Virus record (IMG/VR): IMGVR_UViG_3300032331_002637
Span: 62,001 to 119,756 of that record
From: an uncultured virus (IMG/VR IMGVR_UViG_3300032331_002637)
Lineage: Duplodnaviria > Heunggongvirae > Uroviricota > Caudoviricetes
Direction: 5' to 3' (one strand)
Length of the DNA: 57,756 bases
Part shown: in pieces, positions 42,048 through 51,786 of the stretch
Layout: the number at the start of each line of letters is the position of its first letter
Position numbering within the stretch: position 1 is the stretch's first letter
Notes under the pieces: model-generated
What the model was told of the DNA's origin: nothing
The model's input: only the letters and a program-made list of their open reading frames with translations
The model's database searches: none
Position numbers and translations under genes: made by a program

Positions 42048-43106
42048 ATGGAGAATTATTACAATATATTAGGTGTACAAGAAAATTCTGATCAGAACTC
42101 GATAAAAAAAGCTTATCGTGAGATGGCTAAAAAATATCACCCGGATAAAAACAAAGAACCCAACGCTGAAGAAAAATTTAAAAAAATAACCGAGGCATAC
42201 GAAAATATTGGTGATCCAGCTAAAAGACAGGAATACGATAGGAAAAGAAGCTTTCAGAATCCTTTCTCTAGCGGATTTGACGATTTTAGTAGATTTAACA
42301 CCAATTGGAATCATACAGATCCTTTTGCTGACCATTATTCTCATGGTAGGGGATTTACACCGGAAGCTCCTAAAGGTACTTCATTAAATATAACACTTAA
42401 ATTAGATTTACAAGATATACTTAAAGGTGTTGATAAGAGGATAAAAATCAAGAGAGATAAAAAATGTAATCCCTGTTCAGGAACTGGTTCGGAAAATGGT
42501 GCTTCTTTCCAGACATGTGGTACATGTAAAGGATCGGGATTTATAACAGTAAATAGAATAAATGGATTTGTTCAGATGAATTCAGTTAGCACTTGCGGTT
42601 CATGTGGAGGTGTAGGTAAGGTAGTACTTGAAGTTTGTTTATATTGTTTAGGTAATGGACTAAAATCAGAGGAAGATATTATAGATGTCAACATACCTGC
42701 TGGAGCATCAGATGGTATGCAATTTGTTGTTTCTGGTAAAGGTAACGAGGGTAAAGGTAACGGTAAAAGCGGGGATCTTTATGTTAAGATTAAAGAAATA
42801 CCTAATACTGAATTTATTAGAAAAGGAGTTGATCTTATCACTAGTAAACAAATAACTTTTATAGAAGCAATATTAGGAACTAATATAGATGTGGAAATGC
42901 CTGATGGAGAGAGTGTTAAAACAGTAGTATCTCCAGGAACTGTACCTGGTACAGTTCTAAGTTTTGCTCAGAAAGGAATTCCTGTTTTAGGATATGGTGG
43001 TATTGGTAATTTTCTTGTTGAATTAAATATAAAAATCCCAGAAAATCTTACGGACGATCAAAAAAAATTCTTAGAAGAATTAAGACAAAACGAAATATTT
43101 AATTGA
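42048..43106 (+). CDS. dnaJ: DnaJ chaperone (full-length class A)
   Basis: J-domain with HPD, G/F-rich region, four CxxCxGxG motifs, C-terminal GDLYV domain. Confidence 0.93.
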   Translation: MENYYNILGVQENSDQNSIKKAYREMAKKYHPDKNKEPNAEEKFKKITEAYENIGDPAKRQEYDRKRSFQNPFSSGFDDFSRFNTNWNHTDPFADHYSHGRGFTPEAPKGTSLNITLKLDLQDILKGVDKRIKIKRDKKCNPCSGTGSENGASFQTCGTCKGSGFITVNRINGFVQMNSVSTCGSCGGVGKVVLEVCLYCLGNGLKSEEDIIDVNIPAGASDGMQFVVSGKGNEGKGNGKSGDLYVKIKEIPNTEFIRKGVDLITSKQITFIEAILGTNIDVEMPDGESVKTVVSPGTVPGTVLSFAQKGIPVLGYGGIGNFLVELNIKIPENLTDDQKKFLEELRQNEIFN

Positions 43107-43429
43107 TTATGACTTTTATATTTTATATACTTGGTGTTTGGGGACTTACACATATTCTAGTAGCTTCTAAAATTCTTGAGGAATTTAGAAATTGGTTATT
43201 AATAAACTCCCCTTTCTTTGGCGATATGCTTAATTGCTATCAATGTACTTCATTCTGGGCATCAATGATTTTATACTTCTTTTTTGATAATTTAAGGCTA
43301 GAAACTATAGATTTTATTATAAAAGGTTATAGAATAAGCCCCGATTTTTTATTGTATTCTTTTATTGGGTCTGGTATAGTTTCTTTTATTGCTGTCATAT
43401 TATCTCTATTGATAAAAAGATCCAAATAA
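43103..43429 (+). CDS. Small membrane protein (DUF1360-like)
   Basis: Hydrophobic helices with LNCYQCTSFW. The start is probably ATG 43109. Confidence 0.55.
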   Translation: MIMTFIFYILGVWGLTHILVASKILEEFRNWLLINSPFFGDMLNCYQCTSFWASMILYFFFDNLRLETIDFIIKGYRISPDFLLYSFIGSGIVSFIAVILSLLIKRSK

Positions 43430-43432
43430 TTG

Positions 43433-43440
43433 GATATATA
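43433..43440 (+). promoter_or_regulatory. Putative late promoter GATATATA
   Basis: 4 nt before ATG 43445. Confidence 0.55.
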
Positions 43441-43444
43441 GATT

Positions 43445-44938
43445 ATGGACAAAAAATTATTTACGTTTAAACAATTTATAAACGAGCAAGACGATGCAAT
43501 ACCATCGAGTGCAACTGGATCACCAGATACAGGAAAACCTGAGACTGAAAGAGAAGCAAAATCCAGAATTGCAACGGGTATAATCAAAGGTCTATTTGGT
43601 GAAAATGTTGGACTTACTGGAGGTGTGGATTCTTTTATAGACCAAACCAAGGAAGTTAAAGAATCTTTACCGTATAGAGGATGTGGTGCTAGCGAGCCTT
43701 ATAAATTAGAGAAAAATCCTCTTTCTGTAATGACTATTAAAATACTTCTTAATTATCTTCAGGAAAAAAAAGCGGGAGATTATAGTAGAATTATAACAGA
43801 ATTGAACGAGAAAAGAGCAGTAATAATAGGAATAAGAAATAAGCTTGAAATAAAGAAGGAGACATCAAATCAGGATAGATTCACGGATGCTCTTTATTTT
43901 ATTCCGGGTAATGCTAAAGATGGATCTGATGTTGTGAGTGCCACTGGACCTACCGGACCTACTGGATCTACTGGACCTGCACCAGTTAAAGAAACACCTG
44001 TTAAAGATAAATCTGTATTTGATAGAATAAAGGACAAAAAGAATGAATCTATGGAAGATAGATTAAATTCTATTAACTACGTGATTGAATCTGGTGTTTT
44101 TACTTTCGAAGAATATTATTCATTGAACGAAGAAAAGAATCAAATATTATCAATTCTAAACGAGGACGATGACGACAATCCAAGTAGTTGGTTTGCCCCT
44201 GGTGCTTTTAAAAGAAGAATTGAAAAGGCTAAAAAAGATGCAGAGGATGCTAAAAACAAAAATAATCCTACGGGACCAATTGTACCAACTGGACCAACTG
44301 GACCAACTGGACCAATACCGCCAGCAAGTCTTGGAGATAAAATAACTCCATATCAAATAACAACTGTACCTAGTTTAGCATACTACGGAAAGAAACCAAT
44401 GAATCCTAAAGGTGTTGGTGTTAAACTTCCAGGAGATACCCTATACATTCTTAAAGAAAGCTCCTTAGGTAGTGGCAATAAATATAAAATGATGGTAGAG
44501 GGTGAACCAATTAAAGTTGGAAGATACCCTATCGGAGTAACTAAATTTGAAAGTTACAAACCAGCTGAGGTTTACACTGAATCTTGTGGAATGCAAATAC
44601 ACAGGTCGTCTACGAAAGGTGTTGGTATTTGTGTGGGACCTTGGTCAGCAGGATGTCAAGTATTTGCTGACAATCAAGAATGGCAGGATTTCATATCTAA
44701 AGCTGAGAAAGAACAGATGAATGCTACTAAATTTTATTACGCATTAATACAATTAGATGATATTCCAAAAGAGGTTATGGACGATGCAATGAAAGGCCTT
44801 GTTTATCAAGGATCTGTAGATCTTGCTTCAACAAACCCTACTGGAAGTACTGGAAGTACTGGAACTACCGGATCTACGGGAACTACAGGAGCTAATAAAA
44901 AAGCAAGAGTACTTACTAACTTCGATAATATCTCTTAA
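43445..44938 (+). CDS. L,D-transpeptidase-like (YkuD-type His/Cys) putative peptidoglycan enzyme with leader
   Basis: IIGIRN...DRFTD, ITTVPS, MQIHRS-x12-SAGCQVF; N-terminus MDKKLFTFKQFINE; TGPT linkers. Confidence 0.55.
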   Translation: MDKKLFTFKQFINEQDDAIPSSATGSPDTGKPETEREAKSRIATGIIKGLFGENVGLTGGVDSFIDQTKEVKESLPYRGCGASEPYKLEKNPLSVMTIKILLNYLQEKKAGDYSRIITELNEKRAVIIGIRNKLEIKKETSNQDRFTDALYFIPGNAKDGSDVVSATGPTGPTGSTGPAPVKETPVKDKSVFDRIKDKKNESMEDRLNSINYVIESGVFTFEEYYSLNEEKNQILSILNEDDDDNPSSWFAPGAFKRRIEKAKKDAEDAKNKNNPTGPIVPTGPTGPTGPIPPASLGDKITPYQITTVPSLAYYGKKPMNPKGVGVKLPGDTLYILKESSLGSGNKYKMMVEGEPIKVGRYPIGVTKFESYKPAEVYTESCGMQIHRSSTKGVGICVGPWSAGCQVFADNQEWQDFISKAEKEQMNATKFYYALIQLDDIPKEVMDDAMKGLVYQGSVDLASTNPTGSTGSTGTTGSTGTTGANKKARVLTNFDNIS

Positions 44939-44940
44939 TA

Positions 44941-44969
44941 GAAACTTTATTCTATTCCACTGATAAAAT
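44941..44969 (+). promoter_or_regulatory. Putative early/middle promoter GAAAC-N18-TAAAAT
   Basis: Upstream of the topoA-clamp-polymerase C-part operon. Confidence 0.55.
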
Positions 44970-44987
44970 AATAAAATAATTTATTTA

Positions 44988-46397
44988 GTGGAGAATAGAA
45001 TAACGATCTCGGATCAAATCAATGTTGACTATAGAAAGTATGCCTTGTATGTTATACAGAGTAGAGGTATACCTAATTTTTATGATGCTTTAACTCCTGT
45101 TCAGAGACTAATTCTACAGAATTCTCCCAGTATTTTTAAGAAGACTGTTGGCGTAATTGGTGAGGTTTTTAGTACTGGCCTTTATCATCATGGGGATTCT
45201 TCAATGGCTCAGGCCATATCAAAATTAGCTAGACCATTTTCGTGTGCAGAACAGATACTATTAGGTGATGGATTCTTTGGAACTCCTGTTAATCCTTCAC
45301 CATCTGCTCCAAGATATACGCAAGTAAAAATTTCTAGTAAGTACAAAGAAATAATTGAAAAGTATAAAGATCTAAATGTACCTAATGAAGAAGGCGGGTA
45401 TGATTGGATACATGTTGATTACCCTATTGGTTTATCAACTCACATTGTAGGTATTGCAGTAGGATATAAATCTAATATATTACCAAGAAAACCTGATGAT
45501 GTTGTTGCATATTTAGAAGGCAACAGAACAAAGAAGCTAAAGCCTTATTTTAAAGGATTTAAAGGAAATGTATCTAAAATGGATGGACTTAAATCCTCAT
45601 GGCTTATTGAAGGAGACGTTGAGATCGACTTAGCTACAAGGACTTTTAAAATCAATTCAATATCTCCATTACAAAGATATGAATCATTTTTTATAAGACT
45701 CAATTCTTTATTAGAAAGAAAAGGCCTAAATTATAAAATGGATAATTTTTCCACTGATAATGTTAAGATAAGTATCAAATTCAGATGTACAGATCAGGAA
45801 TTTAAAGATATGTCAGTCCTTTTAGCAAAAGAAACTAAGCAAATTGTCACAGAAAATATTGTATTTGTTAGAGATGGAAATGTTTTAGAGTATGATTTTA
45901 TAGAGGATTACTTAGATGAATTTATTTTACAGAAAGAAAAAACAATACTTAAAAGATATGAAAGAGATCTTGTGTATCTTAATGATGAACTAGAATATCT
46001 TGAAGCAAAATTACAATTCTTATTGTTCATGTCTGATAAGAAAAGGGCATCTGATGAAGTTATGGGATTTTTATCTAAGTATAGAAGAGAAATATCAAGG
46101 AGATTAGAATCAATACCATTGATTAAATTGAATAAGGAGGAAATTATTAAGACTTCTGTGGAAATTAATTCAATAAAGGATGATATAAAGAATAAGAATC
46201 AAGAGATTAAAGATCAGAAAATTAAACTTAAATTAGCTGAAAAATTAAATTCGACCTTATCTAAAAAGAGTTCTAAAGCAACTTCATTACTAGGAGAAGT
46301 TAAGGAGGAATTTCACGAAGGTATAAGAATTTTTGATCCTGAAGATGATATAGAAGAACAAGAAGAAGAAACAAAATTAAATATAGAAAATGACTAA
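44988..46397 (+). CDS. Type IIA topoisomerase breakage-reunion subunit (T4 gp52, GyrA-like)
   Basis: RGIPNFYDALTPVQR, YHHGDSS, SAPRYT (catalytic Tyr), GIAVGY. Confidence 0.92.
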   Translation: MENRITISDQINVDYRKYALYVIQSRGIPNFYDALTPVQRLILQNSPSIFKKTVGVIGEVFSTGLYHHGDSSMAQAISKLARPFSCAEQILLGDGFFGTPVNPSPSAPRYTQVKISSKYKEIIEKYKDLNVPNEEGGYDWIHVDYPIGLSTHIVGIAVGYKSNILPRKPDDVVAYLEGNRTKKLKPYFKGFKGNVSKMDGLKSSWLIEGDVEIDLATRTFKINSISPLQRYESFFIRLNSLLERKGLNYKMDNFSTDNVKISIKFRCTDQEFKDMSVLLAKETKQIVTENIVFVRDGNVLEYDFIEDYLDEFILQKEKTILKRYERDLVYLNDELEYLEAKLQFLLFMSDKKRASDEVMGFLSKYRREISRRLESIPLIKLNKEEIIKTSVEINSIKDDIKNKNQEIKDQKIKLKLAEKLNSTLSKKSSKATSLLGEVKEEFHEGIRIFDPEDDIEEQEEETKLNIEND

Positions 46398-47157
46398 GAA
46401 AAATCAAATTTGGAATTTTAGAATCTCTAACCCTAATAATTTTATTGCTTTCCTTAAGAAGCTAAAACTTGTAGACAAGAGTGTACCTTTAGAAATTGAG
46501 GGAAGTAATTTATTTGCAAAAGTTAGAACACCTGATAAATCAGTAATTAAATTTGTAAGTGTAGATGTTAACGATATTCTTGAAGGCGATTTTCCTTCCA
46601 CAAGATTAAAGATCGGAATTCTGGAAATAGGTAAATTGATTGATGTTTTTAAATACTTTGGACCGGAGGAAGAACTAAATCTTATAATAGATTCACAAGA
46701 ATATGAAGGCGGATTAATAGCTACCGGTCTTAAATTCTCATCTTCTTCATTAAACATTTTTATTAAATGTGCAGATATTAGTTTACTTGCATATATTGAT
46801 GATAATATACAAAGACAGATTCATTCCACCGAAGGATCGGAAGTTAATTTTGAAATCACAAGAGAGAACTTCCAAAAGGTAGCTTCTTTAACTGGAATAG
46901 AAACGAACTCAGAAGAACTTCTTAATTTTGATATTGAAGAAAATGGAGTTATCATTAGAGGAAATTCATTCCAATATAATTTAATTAAAGGTAGAACTGC
47001 AAACGGATTTGAAAGTCCTAGCGTATATACAATCTATAAAAATCAATTCTCTTATATCGACCAAGAGGCATCGGAGATTCACTTTCATGAAAATAGAATC
47101 TTAGTGAAGTCAATAGAGTCCGATTCAATAATTGCAATAGGTTTAGTAGAGGTATAA
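46390..47157 (+). CDS. DNA sliding clamp (T4 gp45-like)
   Basis: 255 aa with alternating beta/alpha pattern (IGILEIGKLIDVF; FEITRENFQKV), directly upstream of the polymerase C-part. Confidence 0.65.
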   Translation: MTKKNQIWNFRISNPNNFIAFLKKLKLVDKSVPLEIEGSNLFAKVRTPDKSVIKFVSVDVNDILEGDFPSTRLKIGILEIGKLIDVFKYFGPEEELNLIIDSQEYEGGLIATGLKFSSSSLNIFIKCADISLLAYIDDNIQRQIHSTEGSEVNFEITRENFQKVASLTGIETNSEELLNFDIEENGVIIRGNSFQYNLIKGRTANGFESPSVYTIYKNQFSYIDQEASEIHFHENRILVKSIESDSIIAIGLVEV

Positions 47158-47158
47158 T

Positions 47159-48334
47159 ATGGAAGAAATAGATTACATGTCAATGAGCTTAGAAGAGCTC
47201 AATCAAAAACTTTCGGAGTATCAAAAAAAATCTTCGGATTTCTATAATACTGAACAAGGTATTAAGCTAACACTTAACAGTATATACGGAGCGACTGGGA
47301 ATCAGTATTTTGCTTTGTTCAATACAGATGTTGCAGAGAGTGTTACGTTACAAGGCCAGGACATTTGGAAATTTGCTGAGAAGATAATAAACAGGTATTT
47401 CAATGATATGTGGCATCTTGATACGGAGCTTCACGAAAAAATGGGAGTTCGTAATGTCAGAAAAATAACATTAGACTTTATTATATACGGGGATACAGAT
47501 TCCAATTATATCAATCTAGGAGCTGTTATGGATTCTTGTGAATTTGATTCAGATCTAGAACCATTTGAATTTGTAAAAAGACTTAATGAATTTAGACTTA
47601 AAGAATACATTAAGAAATGCTATGACATCTATTCTGAAAAATGGGGCACAGATAACTATCAGGATTTTGAGCTAGAGAGTTTATCATATGCTGGTATATT
47701 CTTGGGTAAAAAGAAATATGTATTACATATAGCTTGGCAGGATCCTAATAAGGATTTATTTCCTAGGCTTTCTAAAGTTAAATCAACTGGTATCGAATTA
47801 GCTCAAGGTGGTACTGCTCCTTTCGCTAGAGAGAAACTTACGTTCTTATTACAGCATATTTTCGAGAAAGGTAAAGCTTTTGATATTAGAGAATTTGTAA
47901 AGATCCTTAAGAATATAAAATCTGAATTTAAGGTACAAAGCCCAGATCAAATATCTGTAGGAACTTCTGTTAATAATATAGAGAAATTCATTGTAAACGA
48001 CACAACAAAATTCGAAGTTGCAAAAGGATGTCCAATGCACGTAAGAGCAGCAGGATATCACAACTTCCTTCTAAACAATTCCAAGCATAAAGTTAAATAC
48101 AGCTTAATCAGATCATCTGAGAAGATTAAGTACTATTATGTTAAGGTAAACAACGAGAGAGAGAATAATGTATTTGGATATCTTAACGGAGCTTATCCCT
48201 ATGAGCTAGCTCCCCCCGTAGATTTTGACGAACAATTCAATCGAGTAATTTTAGATCCAATAAATAGATTCATTGAAGCTATGGGATACTCTCCTTTATC
48301 ACCCAACCTACTTCTTGTAAGAGCTTTGTTTTAA
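47159..48334 (+). CDS. Family B DNA polymerase, C-terminal part (motifs B and C, thumb)
   Basis: KLTLNSIYGATGN (motif B), YGDTDS (motif C), KKKY, KSTGIE, CPMHVRAA. Confidence 0.93.
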   Translation: MEEIDYMSMSLEELNQKLSEYQKKSSDFYNTEQGIKLTLNSIYGATGNQYFALFNTDVAESVTLQGQDIWKFAEKIINRYFNDMWHLDTELHEKMGVRNVRKITLDFIIYGDTDSNYINLGAVMDSCEFDSDLEPFEFVKRLNEFRLKEYIKKCYDIYSEKWGTDNYQDFELESLSYAGIFLGKKKYVLHIAWQDPNKDLFPRLSKVKSTGIELAQGGTAPFAREKLTFLLQHIFEKGKAFDIREFVKILKNIKSEFKVQSPDQISVGTSVNNIEKFIVNDTTKFEVAKGCPMHVRAAGYHNFLLNNSKHKVKYSLIRSSEKIKYYYVKVNNERENNVFGYLNGAYPYELAPPVDFDEQFNRVILDPINRFIEAMGYSPLSPNLLLVRALF

Positions 48335-48346
48335 TTTATTTTTTTG

Positions 48347-48354
48347 GATATATA
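48347..48354 (+). promoter_or_regulatory. Putative late promoter GATATATA
   Basis: Upstream of AAA triad 2. Confidence 0.6.
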
Positions 48355-48374
48355 AAAGGATCTAAAAAAATTAA

Positions 48375-49874
48375 ATGAAAAATAGTAGAATAAAAAACTT
48401 CAATGATTTTGTTAATGAATCTTACAATCCGGAGCTTAACGAAGGTTTCTTTTCCAGTATAGCTAATCTTATAAAAAAAGTTGGTGGCTGGGCAGGAGAA
48501 ATGATCAAAGCAATAGGACAGGGTTTAATTAAACCAATACCTTCTGGACCAATGAAAGGTATGCCTGTAGCAATGTTATTCTTACCTGAAAATGGGCCTA
48601 TCTATCAGCAAATGTTGAAATATCAGCAAGGGATTAATCCTATAATGGAAGCAAGAATACCTTTAGAATACACAGGTGAAGACCAGAGTGTTAGAAACAT
48701 TTCAGCTGAGCAATTAAAGAATGACGTAGTTAAATTATATAGGAGTAAAGACAGAGGGGGAAGAGCTAAACCCATCTTTATTTATGGAGCACCTGGTATT
48801 GGTAAGACTGAAATAGTCGGACAAGCAGCAGATGAGCTTGGTGTACCTGTTATGAAGTTGGATCTTCAATTTATGAATCCGGAAGATTTCTTAGGAATAC
48901 CTAGTAGACATGATATAACTCCTGTTGAGGTCGAAGACGGTAAAGTTACTAATTTTGGTAAAGGATTCACTAGAGCAAATCCCCCTGCATTATTACCACC
49001 AGATAATGGTAAAGATAATAGAGGTGGTATCATATTTATGGATGAGATGAACAGAGCTAATAAAGCAGTTCTAAACTCTATCATGCAATTCGTACAAAAA
49101 GGAGAAGTTGGGCCTTACAAATTACCAGACAAATGGGTTATTGTTGCAGCGGGTAACAGACCAGAAGAAGCGGAAGGTGTAGCAGATTTTGACTTTGCAC
49201 TTGCTGACCGTTTCACTATTAAGAACTATGTTCCTACAATTGAAGGATATGCTTCATGGGCAGATAAGAACGAAAAAATTCTGCCTGAACTTGTAACATT
49301 CTTAACATTTAATCAGGAGTATTTCCACAATTTAGATTCGGATAAAAAATCATTAAACTACCCAACACCTAGATCCTGGACAGATGGAGCTTTAATTCTT
49401 CATGATGAGATAACAGATCAAAGAGTTAATACTTGGAGAGATATACCTAGAGAAGAAATTCTTAACATTTTCTATGATCAAGTTGGGCCTCAAGCAGCTG
49501 GTAAATTTGTTGCTTATCTTGATATACTTAGAAAAGTTAGTGATACAGAGATGGATAATATGATTAACAATCCTGCATCTGCTAAGATGGTTGCTGAAGC
49601 ACAAGCACCAGGAGGTAAAAGTATCCTTTATGGGCTTATTGAAATGGTGATGAAAAGAGTAGATTCTTATTCTCCGCAAAGTCTTTATAATGTAATGGAG
49701 TACTTTAATAGATATAACGAATTAGAACCTCTTAGCTGGCTGTATAAAGATATTCTAGTAAGATACCCAGATTTTAGATTTGGAGGTTCATCATCTACAC
49801 CAGAAGATGAATTAAAACACAAAGCAGCTTTACTAGTAACTGGAGGAGCTAAAAGTAAAGGACTTCAACAATGA
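48375..49874 (+). CDS. MoxR-like AAA+ ATPase, triad 2
   Basis: GAPGIGKT, FMDEMNR, AAGNR, ALADRF, PTPRSW; leader MKNSRIKNFNDFVNE. Confidence 0.88.
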   Translation: MKNSRIKNFNDFVNESYNPELNEGFFSSIANLIKKVGGWAGEMIKAIGQGLIKPIPSGPMKGMPVAMLFLPENGPIYQQMLKYQQGINPIMEARIPLEYTGEDQSVRNISAEQLKNDVVKLYRSKDRGGRAKPIFIYGAPGIGKTEIVGQAADELGVPVMKLDLQFMNPEDFLGIPSRHDITPVEVEDGKVTNFGKGFTRANPPALLPPDNGKDNRGGIIFMDEMNRANKAVLNSIMQFVQKGEVGPYKLPDKWVIVAAGNRPEEAEGVADFDFALADRFTIKNYVPTIEGYASWADKNEKILPELVTFLTFNQEYFHNLDSDKKSLNYPTPRSWTDGALILHDEITDQRVNTWRDIPREEILNIFYDQVGPQAAGKFVAYLDILRKVSDTEMDNMINNPASAKMVAEAQAPGGKSILYGLIEMVMKRVDSYSPQSLYNVMEYFNRYNELEPLSWLYKDILVRYPDFRFGGSSSTPEDELKHKAALLVTGGAKSKGLQQ

Positions 49875-50824
49875 TAAGAAAATTAAACGAGAATAAATAT
49901 AAAACTGGCAAGATAATTACTAGTTTTTCTAATTATGTAAGGTTTATAAATGAATCCTATTCTTTTGATCCTGAAGAGGTTAATAGGAAAATTAAAAGAG
50001 TAATTCTATGGATAAACATCAATCAAGGATTCTACGGTGAATTACTAAGCCACGTAAATATATTCGGATCATCTAATATTGATCCTAAGACTATGTGCAC
50101 AAACGGTAGGGATATTATATTCCATCCCGAATTTGTAATGAATCAGACAGAAGCAGCATTAAGGTTTGTTCTATGTCACGAAATTCTTCATTGTATAGGA
50201 GATCATGGTAAAAGAAGAGAAAATAGGAATCCCCAAGGATGGAATATAGCTTGCGATTATGCTATAAATCCTCTACTCCAGGGAGAGACAGGATTCGAAT
50301 GGCCAGTATCAGAGGACGGATCTAGAGCAGGTTTATATGATGCTAGATTTGAAGGAATGAGAGCGGAAGATATTTATCAACAATTAGAAGATGAAGGTGC
50401 TCTTAATAAACTTATTAATGATCCTAATGTTAAAAAACAAACAGATACTGGTAGGGTAGAAGACGAGGATAAAGAACAACCAGAGCCTGACTCTGATCTG
50501 GTTATACAAGAAGGTGATTTCCCTCAAGAGGATGAACCTGGAGATGAACCTGGTGATGAGCCCGGAGATGAACCTGGTGATGAACCCGGAGAACCTGGTG
50601 ATGAACCTGGAGAACCTGGTGATGAACCTGGAGAACCTGGTGATGAGCCTGGAGAACCTGGTGACGAGCCTGGAGAACCTGGTGACGAGCCTGGAGAACC
50701 TGGTGACGAGCCTGGAGATAATAAAAAACAATTACCTAGAGTTGGACAGAAAGTTATAACAAAAGAAGGAAAAGAAGGAACTATAACCAAAGTTTACCCT
50801 AACGGGGATATAGAAATTAGTTAA
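49871..50824 (+). CDS. HExxH metallopeptidase-like protein, triad 2
   Basis: TMCTNG, LCHEILHCIGDH, WNIACDYAIN; PGDE/PGEPGDE linker; C-terminal small beta domain. Confidence 0.8.
   Translation: MIRKLNENKYKTGKIITSFSNYVRFINESYSFDPEEVNRKIKRVILWININQGFYGELLSHVNIFGSSNIDPKTMCTNGRDIIFHPEFVMNQTEAALRFVLCHEILHCIGDHGKRRENRNPQGWNIACDYAINPLLQGETGFEWPVSEDGSRAGLYDARFEGMRAEDIYQQLEDEGALNKLINDPNVKKQTDTGRVEDEDKEQPEPDSDLVIQEGDFPQEDEPGDEPGDEPGDEPGDEPGEPGDEPGEPGDEPGEPGDEPGEPGDEPGEPGDEPGEPGDEPGDNKKQLPRVGQKVITKEGKEGTITKVYPNGDIEIS
50531..50719 (+). repeat. Coding tandem repeats: 12-nt (PGDE) then 21-nt (PGEPGDE) units
   Basis: cctggagaacctggtga(t/c)ga(a/g) occurs about 6 times after about 4 copies of the 12-nt unit. 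Confidence 0.9.
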
Positions 50825-50829
50825 ATTAT

Positions 50830-51771
50830 ATGTTAATTAAAGACGGTGATTATTCAGTAATATCTGATAATAAGGAGAAGGGTAAGGAAGGTAATCCATC
50901 AAATCCAAATGGGCCTAGTAATCCTGGTGATCCTGATTTTGATGATAGTCCTAAAAAGATGGATGATATACCCCAAGTTGGGCAAGAAGCTCCTGGAGTA
51001 AAAACATTTAGGGATTTTGATACAACTGGTTCTTCTACACAAAAAGCAAAAGAGGTAAAAGCAGATAAGCCAAGTAAGATATTTAAAGGAGATTTAAAGA
51101 CACCAAATTGGGCTGATATATCTAATCAGGCTTTAAGTAGATCTAAGCTATCTGACAAAGCTAAAAGACTGGTAAGGGCTTTAAAAACTAGTGAACCTCT
51201 AGTTGATTGGAAAAAAGAATTAAAGAAATTCTTTGATAATACATTCAAATCTAGCGAATGGGTTTTACCTAATAAAAGATTCCTTGCTGGCGGTGATATG
51301 ATATACGGTCGTAAAGAAACTGGAGAAGACACTTTAAAAACAATTGTTGCTGCTGTAGATACTTCAGGTTCGATTTCGAAAGAACAGGTTAAAGCATTTG
51401 TTAATGAGATAATGTATCTATGTAAAACATTTGATGCTGACAAGACTATAATTATATACTGTAGTGATGATATTGATAATGTTGATATAGTTAAAAAAGG
51501 GGGTCAGCCAGATCTCACTAAAATAGCTTCTACTGGGGGTAATGATAAAGGATTTATTCCGCCATTCCAATGGGTCGAGAAGAATAAAATAAAGCCATCA
51601 ATATTTATTTACCTAACAGATACAGGAGGAGAAATGCCAGATCCTTATAAATATGGAATAAGTAAATATAGAAAGAAAGTATTATGGTTTATATGCTCTC
51701 CAGAAATGTACAATCCTCCTTCATTTGGAAAAATACTTTTTGCACCAGTTGGTTCTATAAGACCTAAATAA
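50830..51771 (+). CDS. vWA-domain protein, triad 2
   Basis: VDWKKEL, PNKRF, VDTSGS, STGGN, YLTDTGG. Confidence 0.82.
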   Translation: MLIKDGDYSVISDNKEKGKEGNPSNPNGPSNPGDPDFDDSPKKMDDIPQVGQEAPGVKTFRDFDTTGSSTQKAKEVKADKPSKIFKGDLKTPNWADISNQALSRSKLSDKAKRLVRALKTSEPLVDWKKELKKFFDNTFKSSEWVLPNKRFLAGGDMIYGRKETGEDTLKTIVAAVDTSGSISKEQVKAFVNEIMYLCKTFDADKTIIIYCSDDIDNVDIVKKGGQPDLTKIASTGGNDKGFIPPFQWVEKNKIKPSIFIYLTDTGGEMPDPYKYGISKYRKKVLWFICSPEMYNPPSFGKILFAPVGSIRPK

Positions 51772-51786
51772 TAAGAAATTAAAGAA

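Noticed and set aside
50384..50790. Three overlapping repeat ORFs (50384-, 50514+, 50524-)
   Set aside because: Shadows of the PGEPGDE tandem repeat within the peptidase gene.
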